DNA from: Promethearchaeota archaeon
GTDB taxonomy: Archaea; Asgardarchaeota; Lokiarchaeia; Sigyniarchaeales; SOKP01
DNA length: 64,000 nucleotides
Assembly: GCA_016840165.1 (NCBI GenBank)
Contig: JAEOSU010000080.1
Coordinates: forward strand, 128,001 to 192,000
Reading direction: 5' to 3'
Part shown: piece by piece, positions 20,301-28,766 of the stretch
Layout: each line of letters opens with the position of its first letter
How positions within the stretch are numbered: the stretch's first letter is position 1
Translations under genes and position numbers: made by a program
The notes under the pieces: model-generated
What the model saw: only the letters and a program-made list of their open reading frames with translations
The model's database searches: none
What the model was told of the DNA's origin: nothing

Positions 20301-21836
20301 ATTAATATTAATTTCCGTAGTTAAAGAGGATAAGGAGGATTGAAAGGCTAATTGATTTGAATTTAATTCACTTTGCTTATCCTGTAATTCTTTAATTTGA
20401 TTCTCTAGATTTTTCTGGTTTTGATTTTCTTTTGATATAGCTGATTTCAATTCATTTATTTTCTTTCTTATTGCGAGCTCCTCTTTTTTTGTAGCATCTA
20501 TTGCATCCTCTATACTTTCTGCCTCTCCTTTTAATTTTTTAAGATCCTCCTCTAATTTTATTTTCTTCTCTTCATTCTTCTTGATGTTCTCTTTAAGTAC
20601 TTTGATTTGAGCATTATCAGATGAAATATTTTGCTTCACATTTGAAATATCTGATTTAAACTTAGATTGTTCTTCATTTTTAAGCTTGATTTGATTATCT
20701 AAATCAGCTTGATTTTGCTGTCTTGTTTCTATTTCTTCTTTTGATTCTTCGATTAGTTTTTCAGTTTCAGAAATTTTGTTAGTAAATTCGCTTATAATTG
20801 AATCATAGGTTTGTCCCTCCTCAAGTTTCATCTGTTTATTCTCTAATGATACAATTTCTTTAGAATATTTATCAATAGTTTTCTTTGCAATTTCTAAACT
20901 GGTCTGATGAGAAGAGAGTTGAGTTTTTAATTGAGTAATATTTTCGTTAATAGTTTCTTTTTCCTTTTCCTTCTCAGTAATTGTTTTTTGGATGTTATCC
21001 ATGAGGAATGATTCCTGTTTTAATATTTCTTCTTGTCTAGTTATCCTCTCTTCCAGTTCCTCAATAATTTTGGTTGATTGCTCAACATTTTGCTGTAAAT
21101 TTTCTTCCTCCTCTTTTAATTTCGAAATCTTTAGAGCGATTAATTGAGCATTATAATATTTTATTTTTTCATCTAATTCCTTCCAAGCTAATGCATCATT
21201 CTTTTCTTTTTCAACTTTCTTCAACTGAGAGGATACCTCTTTAAAGATAGCTTCGAATTGACCCAAATCTCTCTCAGCTTTTTCTAGTTCTTTCATTGTT
21301 GCATCTTTCATTTCATCGTATTTCTGAAGGCCTATGAGTTCTTCAATAAAATCCCTTCGATTCTCCGGATTCATATGAGTCAATTCAACAATTTTCCCTT
21401 GTAAAACAAACTGATTTGTTCCATCAGGATCTATATTCGCAGTAGCTAGAGCATTTAGAATTTGCTGACGAGTTGCTCTTTTGCCATTTATTTTATATCC
21501 GCCCCCACCACCACGTTTAATTGAACGAGATACTTCAAATGTGTCACCTGGAGTAGGGAAAATATTCTCAGAATTATCGAAATATAGGCTAACCTTCGCT
21601 CTCTGAGAAGGATTCTTTCCTCTAGACCCCGCAAATATTAAATCTTCCAGACTCTTAGCTCTCATCGTCTTTTTGCTTAACCTTCCTAATGCAAATGTTA
21701 ATGCATCAATAATATTGGATTTTCCTGCTCCGTTTGGTCCCACAATGCAAGTAAAGCCACTTGAAAGCTTAATTGTTACAGTCCGGTCGCCAAAACTTTT
21801 AAACCCAGTCATTGATATTTTTTTTATGTGAGTCAT
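17388..21836 (-). CDS. smc: SMC-family ATPase with atypical central domain (start ATG 21836 or TTG 21851)
   Basis: GFKSF, GPNGAGKSN, Q-loop VLQG, PVN, LSGGEK, MDEIDAALD, ISH; followed by scpA and scpB. Confidence 0.93.
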   Translation of the reverse strand: MTHIKKISMTGFKSFGDRTVTIKLSSGFTCIVGPNGAGKSNIIDALTFALGRLSKKTMRAKSLEDLIFAGSRGKNPSQRAKVSLYFDNSENIFPTPGDTFEVSRSIKRGGGGGYKINGKRATRQQILNALATANIDPDGTNQFVLQGKIVELTHMNPENRRDFIEELIGLQKYDEMKDATMKELEKAERDLGQFEAIFKEVSSQLKKVEKEKNDALAWKELDEKIKYYNAQLIALKISKLKEEEENLQQNVEQSTKIIEELEERITRQEEILKQESFLMDNIQKTITEKEKEKETINENITQLKTQLSSHQTSLEIAKKTIDKYSKEIVSLENKQMKLEEGQTYDSIISEFTNKISETEKLIEESKEEIETRQQNQADLDNQIKLKNEEQSKFKSDISNVKQNISSDNAQIKVLKENIKKNEEKKIKLEEDLKKLKGEAESIEDAIDATKKEELAIRKKINELKSAISKENQNQKNLENQIKELQDKQSELNSNQLAFQSSLSSLTTEININNTRIAEMEEKKTLIENRIKELSEGKDTEIVLKEMLNKKSAINNELNKLKKEYQQENSTFRKYEQDLELLIMKQDSIESEIYDHKAKIENLNTKLKLVNRDFTNLEREKSDSELKVNNLKSNLAKVENDENNLVSKKENIQRRLNDLIKEKEELSLKIEKTEKEYERNTEDITGILQILNMLTQNINISVESIKSNIQQSNAEAIETSADDFRKFVLDIVDIMKTIEDVSGETDEESETSKSINSILQTLSLFTDNVDSTIDQLISKVKESADVEIQESTTNFDSFVQDLMEILENVYISLRKLTMSKSQDLYKQLEAISLNIASQTDDLNTIENKLTEVNINKKRDSEDFALYTKRLDEVNRKISEASETISKSEEEISQRSNQINEKEKENYEDDIKKLKDLKSKYWENIEIIQGKIDSKQKELEQLQINLQELQGIQSLFDSIIEIETNIEDLKKYIDSKKETINEIKNKIDSVNREQESINSNINELIGKKEKFWENTESIRVQIDEQNKILEETMNKLRSLDNIMMIITSIEDLSKENSDAKINIEASKKNVEENKKQIESLQSKVDEIQNIIDGLRQEKSKEIELQKAAQKNLNKLNNDLQKNQGNLNEINKNKERENKILALHQDIDDTEKEIEKISIEIKKFEENLSQEKQNKNLKQEELNQFIQQKDESWNKQKNYQKIITDLKTDYSMENSKINNYESRIIITKDQIETLYHRSKDYGVIPPVTDDLSESGLQSDISEASKKKNALEPVNLKAIEQFDAVKERFDEIDMRRQTIQRERKAILDAIEKIELEKTRTFMKAYHEINREFSRIFQKLSPGGSAKMILDRPDKPFEGGVSIEARPRGKKISSLEILSGGEKTLVALSFIFAVQEFYPAPFYIMDEIDAALDGPNVHRVSMVIKEFAQQAQFMVISHREENIVNADRIYGVTMQQSGITDIFSVDLEEEAKKLLELPDVPTNIEES

Positions 21837-22016
21837 CACATTATTCCTCAAATTGATTCAGATTTCTATACTTACAAGAAGATTTGAATAAAAATCATTC
21901 CAAAATCGTTGTTTATTTCTTGATTCTTTATAACTTAAAGAATTATTACAACTATATATATAATCATTATTTAAATAGTTAAGATTTTTGGAATATTTGA
22001 CTTATAAAATTAGTTA

Positions 22017-23207
22017 TTATTTGCCAAATATGGAATCTACAATCGCCTTAAGCTGTTTAGGATTAATAAATAAATAAAAAGATGTATCATCTGAAATCTT
22101 GCTAAAGATAGAACCCCTTTCAAATTTAAAACTCTTTTTAGAGATATTGATTAATCCCACACTCCTTAAATTTCGCAAAATGTCATTATATTGAGTTTTA
22201 CTGGCAATATATTCTATTGATTCACATGAGATGATATATAACTCTTTTAGCTTTTTATTAGATATGTAGTAATTAGAATTTCTTAAGAAAAAGTTTGCTA
22301 GATTATCCAGAAATATAATAATAAGGAGTTCTTCTTCAGAAATATAGGAAAGCAACGAAAATTCGTCTGAAATTTGGATGGAGTCAAATTGATTTTGAAT
22401 GAGTGAGATAAAATCTAAATGACTGATATATTTTGGATCTTTAAGAAGAGGATATAATTCTTTAAATATTTCAATTCCTTTTCCAGGCACGGGTACATAA
22501 TGTTCAAAAATTAAGTCTGTGATGTATTCAATCAATTCAATATCTATTTCGTGCATAAAAGTTAATGAAACTCTTTGTTTTAGAATATCTAATAATTCAG
22601 AATAAGAATAGAATTCTAATTTTTTTTTGTAATCAAACTCATTTAAAAGATCAAAAGTCTCACTTCGATTTACTCTATTTACTGTAGAAATTATTGTTGT
22701 TTTCGTCTCTTTTCCATAATTCAAAAATTTTTTGAAGTTTTGAGGTTTTAAATCTTCAATATTATTAAAAACCATAATCAACGGATTAGTAATTTTACTG
22801 GTTATCAGTTTAAATGTATTCCATAACTCAGATACACTAGCCTTTAAAAATGAAGTTAAATTTAGCTCAAAATTGCACATAAACGAGAGATCTGAGATTA
22901 AACCGAAAAAAATTTCATGCAGATTTTTGTCTTTACAATCTACACTAACTTCATAGATTATTGAATCCAATTGATTTTGATAGATTAGGTCTTTAGTAAC
23001 TTTATTTATTATAACTTTTTTACCTATTCCTTGCAGTCCTTGATATAGGACATTGCAACAGAAATTATCCGATAATGAATCGTTTAGAAGAGATTTAAGA
23101 TAATTCTCTTCTTTAGCTCGATATAATATTTTTGGAGGGACATAATTAACATCAAATAATGCTTTAGGACCAATATAATCATTAAATGTTTCAGATTTTA
23201 CTATCAT
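22017..23207 (-). CDS. Divergent Cdc6/Orc1-like AAA+ protein with degenerate Walker motifs
   Basis: YVPPKILYR.KE, GLQGIGKK, VDC, YSYSELLDILKQR, C-terminal winged helix (L.NLRSVGLI). Confidence 0.75.
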   Translation of the reverse strand: MIVKSETFNDYIGPKALFDVNYVPPKILYRAKEENYLKSLLNDSLSDNFCCNVLYQGLQGIGKKVIINKVTKDLIYQNQLDSIIYEVSVDCKDKNLHEIFFGLISDLSFMCNFELNLTSFLKASVSELWNTFKLITSKITNPLIMVFNNIEDLKPQNFKKFLNYGKETKTTIISTVNRVNRSETFDLLNEFDYKKKLEFYSYSELLDILKQRVSLTFMHEIDIELIEYITDLIFEHYVPVPGKGIEIFKELYPLLKDPKYISHLDFISLIQNQFDSIQISDEFSLLSYISEEELLIIIFLDNLANFFLRNSNYYISNKKLKELYIISCESIEYIASKTQYNDILRNLRSVGLINISKKSFKFERGSIFSKISDDTSFYLFINPKQLKAIVDSIFGK

Positions 23208-23340
23208 TTTATCTAAATTTAATTTTTAGATATAAATTTAATAATAACTATTTAAACCCCCCCAGAGAGTGGGAGGTGATTGGAAGTAAATTTAATTTTT
23301 TATAATTTAAAATTAGAATTATAGGGAAAAGAAAACCTGT

Positions 23341-24159
23341 TTATAACGAGATAATATTTACCTTTATATCAGTTTTTTCTAGTTTTTCATCTAATCTCTG
23401 CTTCCTTAGCTTATTTGCAAACTTTATATCGATTTTATCATAAATATATCCATTTGAGCTATAAGGAGCTTCAATTACTCTTAAAAGCGAAGGAGAGTAA
23501 TGTTCAGGAACAAAAGAAATGATTTTACTTTTACCTGAAAATTTTCTTTTAAAAAATTCTCCATAGGTATTAGAGGCTACAACGGGAATCCTATTTTCTA
23601 ATGCTCGAGCTTTTAAATAAATATCCCAGTTATTTAACCCCATATCTCTTATCTGAGTAGGAGAGAACAAAATCTCAGCTTCTTTTTCAGAAGCTAACCT
23701 TGGGGTTTCAAAGAAAGCCATATCAAAACAGATTAATATTGCAAAATTAAATGATTTCAATTTAAATATATTTAAAACCAATGAAGATTCAAACTTTTTA
23801 CGTTCATAAGAATAAAGATGAATTTTATCTTGACGACCAATCTCTTCACCATATTTATCGAAGAAATAGGAAGTAATAAATGGTTTTTTAGTTGTTGGGC
23901 GCTTTTCCCATATCCCTCCTGAAATAATATTAATACTATAATCCGTCGCGAGTTTTTTTACAAATTCATAATCTTGACCTCTTTCTTTTTGAAAGTTTAG
24001 GGCTATATCTTTCGAATAAGGTACCCACCTCTCAGGTAAACAAGCAATTTCACAATCATTATGCTCTTCAAGTAAGTTACTTATTAATCCTTCAATCTCT
24101 AAATAGCATTTTTTTTTATTTGGATATATTTCTGGTTGAATAGAAGCAACATTTAACAT
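23341..24159 (-). CDS. Carbon-nitrogen hydrolase (nitrilase superfamily)
   Basis: E-K-C triad: LPE, KIHL, ICFD; ARALEN. Confidence 0.9.
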   Translation of the reverse strand: MLNVASIQPEIYPNKKKCYLEIEGLISNLLEEHNDCEIACLPERWVPYSKDIALNFQKERGQDYEFVKKLATDYSINIISGGIWEKRPTTKKPFITSYFFDKYGEEIGRQDKIHLYSYERKKFESSLVLNIFKLKSFNFAILICFDMAFFETPRLASEKEAEILFSPTQIRDMGLNNWDIYLKARALENRIPVVASNTYGEFFKRKFSGKSKIISFVPEHYSPSLLRVIEAPYSSNGYIYDKIDIKFANKLRKQRLDEKLEKTDIKVNIISL

Positions 24160-24170
24160 TTTGAATCTAT

Positions 24171-24914
24171 TTAGACTTTTTTTTTATTCAAGTTAGACAC
24201 AATATCAAAAAGTTCATATAACTGATGGATTTCATAATCTGGCATACTTTTATCATCTAAATTTTGTTCAGATAAAGAGAGATCATATTTCCCTCCTCGA
24301 TGAATGTAAATTGTATATATGTTATTCAAATTTGCCGGAATAATATCTTTCTCTATATTATCTCCTACATATATAGTCTCATTCCCTTTAACACCAAATT
24401 TCTCTAAAAAATATTCAAAAAGTTTTGGATTCGGTTTCCGAATTCCAATCTCATCGGTGATTACTATTAAATCAACTAATTTGTCAATTTCAAGTCTTAA
24501 AATTTTTTCATATTGTTTGATTGGAATTCCATCACTAATTATGGCAGATTTAATTCCCATATCTTTGATTTTTTTAAGAGTTGGTTTCACATCGTCATAA
24601 AGTTTTATAGAATCAATTTTTTCTTGATGATAAGCCATTACAGCTGCAGCAATGTATTTATATTGTTCATTAAAAGAGATGGAAAAATCTTCGATGGTGT
24701 TTAATCTTCTGATAAAATAATCATAATGTTTAGAAGAATTAGATCCATATTCGTTTACAATCTCATTTAATAGGTTGATAGCATTTTTACGGTCTAATTT
24801 TAATCCTAGTTTAATCATTGCATCAATTCCTTTAATGCGAGCTCTTTCTGAAAGTCCAGTAGAATCAAAAAGGCAATCATCTAAATCAAATCCTATCAAT
24901 TTTATTGGACACAT
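24171..24914 (-). CDS. HAD-superfamily hydrolase
   Basis: FDLDD, ISDG, RKP, VGDN.EKD. Confidence 0.9.
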   Translation of the reverse strand: MCPIKLIGFDLDDCLFDSTGLSERARIKGIDAMIKLGLKLDRKNAINLLNEIVNEYGSNSSKHYDYFIRRLNTIEDFSISFNEQYKYIAAAVMAYHQEKIDSIKLYDDVKPTLKKIKDMGIKSAIISDGIPIKQYEKILRLEIDKLVDLIVITDEIGIRKPNPKLFEYFLEKFGVKGNETIYVGDNIEKDIIPANLNNIYTIYIHRGGKYDLSLSEQNLDDKSMPDYEIHQLYELFDIVSNLNKKKV

Positions 24915-25129
24915 TATCTTTAGTAAAGGAAAATCAAATTTATTGGATTTAAAATTATATTTGAATTTTTAGTGTATGAAATCTCTACTACGGCTTTTAG
25001 ATATTTAGTTAAGTTAAATTTATTTATCTTTAAATATATATAATGTTTAAATATTAATTTATTATGCTTTAGAATTTAAATATTTAATTCGGTTTGCTGA
25101 ACTTCATTACATTTGTGGGGATTTAATTC

Positions 25130-26251
25130 TTGAGAACTATTACTGCATTGTGTTACTTTCATAGAAAAATTGGACCCATAGTTTTTTACTCTTATCCTGA
25201 AAACTTACTAGATGACCAATTATCTTTAAGACTTGCAAATATAATGGATCAAACAGTTAGTGAAGGTTTTTTTATTCATTCAATTGAAAATAGGAAATTT
25301 ATGAATTTTTATTTTGAAATCCGTTCTGATTGGGCTCGTGGAAACAAGGAAATGCTAATGATTTCTATTGTTTTTGATCGTCAAATCTCTTCCGATTTAG
25401 AAATAAATGTGAAAACTTTATGTGCAGAATTTTCTGAGAAACTTTTAACAAATGAAAACATCTTTACAGCATTTTATATTAATGACATCGATAATTTTGA
25501 TGAAAAAGATAAAGAACTGATTTTTAATAATAATTCTTTGATTAATTCGTGGGTAAAAGAATTATACTGGGCTGTTTTAGAAGAGACTCGTGAAAGAACT
25601 GAAGAGGAAAAAATCGCAACTTTGTTAAATAAAAAACATATCTTTTCAACGCTTAGAAAACTATCAAAAGGACCTATTACTTTGGAAGGTCTGAGAGAAT
25701 GGTTTGATGATGAATTCCCGAAATTAGATTTTAAAGAGCTTATTGACTCCTTAGCAGAAAAACAATTTATTTTTATCAACCAAATAGGGTTTGTTGAAAA
25801 ATATGTACTTTTATTGAAAGAAGTAAATGCGGAACGAATCCCTCCAGACAGCGTGATTGAATATATAGAAGGTGCACCTGAACAAGTTGAAAGGGAATTA
25901 ATTGATCTTTTACTGCCAAAAGTGCAGGAATATTTTAGCAGTTATGAAAATAAATCGAAAATGGAATTAGAAAAAGATACGTATACGTTATTTCAAATTG
26001 TATCTGATCCAAAGAAATATAATGTACTTTCAGAACTCAGGAATGGATTAATTTCAAAAGATAATCTACCTAAATTAGTCTCCAAAAGAACACTAGAATA
26101 TTTAAACTCTTCATTAGATTTCCTTAAACAGCATGATATTATTGAAGAGTTGAAGTTTAAAGGAAAACGATACGTGGTACTCAAAACTGATATACAAATT
26201 ACCACTTCTTTCCCCGAATATTTAAGAAAGTTATTACCGAAAGAAAGTTAA
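25130..26251 (+). CDS. Longin/uDENN (folliculin/NPRL2-like) protein with C-terminal winged-helix-like domains
   Basis: N-terminal ALCYFHRKIGP and FEI.SDWARG motifs; C-terminal L..L...GPITLE.L and LDFLKQHDII wHTH-like segments. Confidence 0.65.
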   Translation: MRTITALCYFHRKIGPIVFYSYPENLLDDQLSLRLANIMDQTVSEGFFIHSIENRKFMNFYFEIRSDWARGNKEMLMISIVFDRQISSDLEINVKTLCAEFSEKLLTNENIFTAFYINDIDNFDEKDKELIFNNNSLINSWVKELYWAVLEETRERTEEEKIATLLNKKHIFSTLRKLSKGPITLEGLREWFDDEFPKLDFKELIDSLAEKQFIFINQIGFVEKYVLLLKEVNAERIPPDSVIEYIEGAPEQVERELIDLLLPKVQEYFSSYENKSKMELEKDTYTLFQIVSDPKKYNVLSELRNGLISKDNLPKLVSKRTLEYLNSSLDFLKQHDIIEELKFKGKRYVVLKTDIQITTSFPEYLRKLLPKES

Positions 26252-26294
26252 GAAAACTTATAGAAATAGGGACTCAAACAATAATAGTTTTAAT

Positions 26295-26555
26295 ATGGCT
26301 GAAGATAACGAATCATTAGAAGATTTAAAATATCTATTAGGAAATATGGGAATTGATATACTTTTAGCTATAGGGGAAGGCGCAAAAGATTTTGAAACTA
26401 TTAAGATATTCTCAGGTTTACCTTTAATATGTGTTAAAGGCCGCATCCCTGTTCTGTTGGAGCTTAATCTTGCGAACAAGGATAATGATGAATATTATTT
26501 AACAGAAAAAGGTTTGCGCTTCAAAAAAGAAATGAATTCAATAATAAAGAAATAA
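26295..26555 (+). CDS. Small winged-helix protein
   Basis: ILLAIGEG...LLELNLA...YYLTEKG. Confidence 0.7.
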   Translation: MAEDNESLEDLKYLLGNMGIDILLAIGEGAKDFETIKIFSGLPLICVKGRIPVLLELNLANKDNDEYYLTEKGLRFKKEMNSIIKK

Positions 26556-26556
26556 A

Positions 26557-26637
26557 TTAGATTTCAGATTGGGGCGACAACGTCCTTGCTACGAGCAATA
26601 GCTCTAATCATTTGTCATAAGTTCATCATCAATCTAA
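26557..26637 (-). ncRNA. Box C/D guide RNA, predicted to target the 23S rRNA G2251 equivalent
   Basis: Terminal stem TTAGATT/AATCTAA; box C ATGATGA (26629-26623); box D CTGA (26567-26564); guide TGTCGCCCCAAT complementary to the P-loop UGGGGCGGCA. Confidence 0.8.
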
Positions 26638-27105
26638 ATCATTATTATCTAAGTCATTGTGAGTTAAATATTTTTTGTAATATTTTTTTTGATAGTACCC
26701 AGGTTCTTTATAACCACCTATTTTATTAATAAGATTGCTTAAACCATCTTCTTGTGAGAGCTCTGTTTTTATCAGATTATATAATTCAATTGAGAGTTCT
26801 TTTCTGTTTAATAAGTATTCTAATATCGCAAATGCATCACTTAAATTATCACAGCGCCTTATGAAATCAAAAACACCAGGATTGGTTATATTTTCCTTAT
26901 AATCTTCAAATGGATTTTTTTCTGATTCCTTTTTTATACGGATAGCGTCAATTGAAAGTTGTTTCTTTTTTTGAACTATCTCTGAGGTTAAGTTCGGAAA
27001 ATGTTTTTCTAAATCCTCTTTAGCATATATTATATTTAATCCATTCTCTTGATTAATTTCAGAATTATTGACGATCTTTTTCTTTTCTTTGATTTTTTTT
27101 TCCAT
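26629..27105 (-). CDS. DUF2095-like archaeal protein
   Basis: FPNL..EI, P.V.DFIRRC, GYKEPGYY. Confidence 0.75.
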   Translation of the reverse strand: MEKKIKEKKKIVNNSEINQENGLNIIYAKEDLEKHFPNLTSEIVQKKKQLSIDAIRIKKESEKNPFEDYKENITNPGVFDFIRRCDNLSDAFAILEYLLNRKELSIELYNLIKTELSQEDGLSNLINKIGGYKEPGYYQKKYYKKYLTHNDLDNNDLD

Positions 27106-27286
27106 TTTAAAGTAATTTAAAGGTAAAAATGCTCATTTGAGAGTTAATTAACATAATCCGTATAAAAATATATAATAATCTATTAAAATTATTCAAGAAA
27201 AACTTTAATTAAATCTAAATAAAAACAATAAAATTAATTAATTTCTCATTATTTAATATACCAAGATAGACACAGTTGTTTTTATT

Positions 27287-27871
27287 ATGAAGTCGGGATA
27301 TGCCTATGTCAAGGAAACCTTTGAGAAACATGAAAAAGAATACCAATCTCCAAATTGGAAACGAGGAATAGAATATCGAAAAGGTAAGGCCATCCAAAGA
27401 GTTGAATATCCATTAAATATTAGCCGTGCCAGAAATTTAGGATATAAAGCTAAACAAGGGTATGTAGTTGTTAGAGCGAAAATTAGAAAAGGTGGCATGC
27501 ATAAAGTAAGACCAAAGCGAGGTAGAAAACCTCGGGCGTTAGGTGTCTCCAAATATACAACAGGTAAGAATCTACGCTGGATAGCTGAAGAACGCGTTCA
27601 AAGGAAATATCCAAATATGCAAGTACTCAATAGTTATAAAGTATATTCTGATGGAAAAAGTTGGTATTATGAGGTAATTTTAGTCGATCCGAATCATCCT
27701 GTTATAAAAAATGACCCTAAAATTAACTGGATTTGTCAAGCACATCAAAAGAGAAGAGCCAATCGTGGTTTGACCTCTGCTGGTAAAAAGTCTCGTGGTT
27801 TACATAAAAAAGGATGGGGTTCAGAAAAGACTAGACCCAGTATAAGAGCTAATAAAGGACGAGGTAAATAA
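27287..27871 (+). CDS. rpl15e: 50S ribosomal protein eL15
   Basis: ARNLGYKAKQG, IAEER, LNSY, YEVILVDP.HP, RGLTSAGKKSRGL. Confidence 0.97.
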   Translation: MKSGYAYVKETFEKHEKEYQSPNWKRGIEYRKGKAIQRVEYPLNISRARNLGYKAKQGYVVVRAKIRKGGMHKVRPKRGRKPRALGVSKYTTGKNLRWIAEERVQRKYPNMQVLNSYKVYSDGKSWYYEVILVDPNHPVIKNDPKINWICQAHQKRRANRGLTSAGKKSRGLHKKGWGSEKTRPSIRANKGRGK

Positions 27872-27916
27872 TTTCTCTTCCTATTATATTCTAATCCTTA
27901 ATTTTTTAAAAAAAAT

Positions 27917-28726
27917 TTATAATTTGTTTATACTACAAGTCATTCCGCCGTCTAATATTAGATTATGGCCTGTAATATAATCTGCTGCTGGAGAGGCTAA
28001 GAATAGGGCAACCCCGGCAACATCTGTAGTTTCTCCAACCCTATCAATGGGAAGAGATACTTTTCTTAATTTAATCCATTCCTTAATGAACTCTCGACTT
28101 TCATAAATTGGAGTAAAAAAGATTCCTGGACAAATAGCATTTACAGTTATATTATTAGCTCCTAGCTCGAGAGCCCACAATTTAGTGAACATAATGAGTC
28201 CAGCTTTACTTACGCTGTATATACCAATAAGAGGATTAGCACCACATTCCGTTCCGGCACATGAAGTAATATTAATAATTTTTCCCGCAATTGGTCTATA
28301 AGATTGGTTTTTCATTTTTTTATGGAATATTTTAGTCATATTCCACGCTCCTTTCAAATTTACATCCATAATTCTGTCGTATTCTGTTTCTTTGGCACTA
28401 AGTGAAAAAGAACTTGCCCTTTTTCCTACTCCTCTAACTCCTGCATTATTTACCAAAATAAAAACATTATCAAATCTACTAAAGGTTTGTTTACTCATCT
28501 CTTTAACTTCATCAACTTTAGAAATGTCTGCTTTCACTAGTAGAATATCAGATTTAACCGATTTTAAAATTATCTCACGAGTTTCTTCGATTCCTTTCAA
28601 GTTGATGTCATTTAGTACCAGATCAGCTCCTTTTTGAGCGAATCCTTTTGCCATCTCACGGCCAAAACCACTTCCTGCACCAGTTATCAAAACTGTCCTA
28701 TTTTCTAAAAATTTTTCATTATTCAT
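27917..28726 (-). CDS. Short-chain dehydrogenase/reductase
   Basis: TGAGSGFG, NNAG, YSVSK, VNAICPG. Confidence 0.93.
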   Translation of the reverse strand: MNNEKFLENRTVLITGAGSGFGREMAKGFAQKGADLVLNDINLKGIEETREIILKSVKSDILLVKADISKVDEVKEMSKQTFSRFDNVFILVNNAGVRGVGKRASSFSLSAKETEYDRIMDVNLKGAWNMTKIFHKKMKNQSYRPIAGKIINITSCAGTECGANPLIGIYSVSKAGLIMFTKLWALELGANNITVNAICPGIFFTPIYESREFIKEWIKLRKVSLPIDRVGETTDVAGVALFLASPAADYITGHNLILDGGMTCSINKL

Positions 28727-28766
28727 ATTGACTCAATTTATTTTTTCATTATAAAAATAAAAGAAA

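Noticed and set aside
15586-21851. Wadjet/MksBEF or Rad50 interpretation of the SMC operon
   Set aside because: Head motifs and ScpA/ScpB are of the canonical Smc-ScpAB type; no JetD or Mre11 is adjacent and there is no Zn hook
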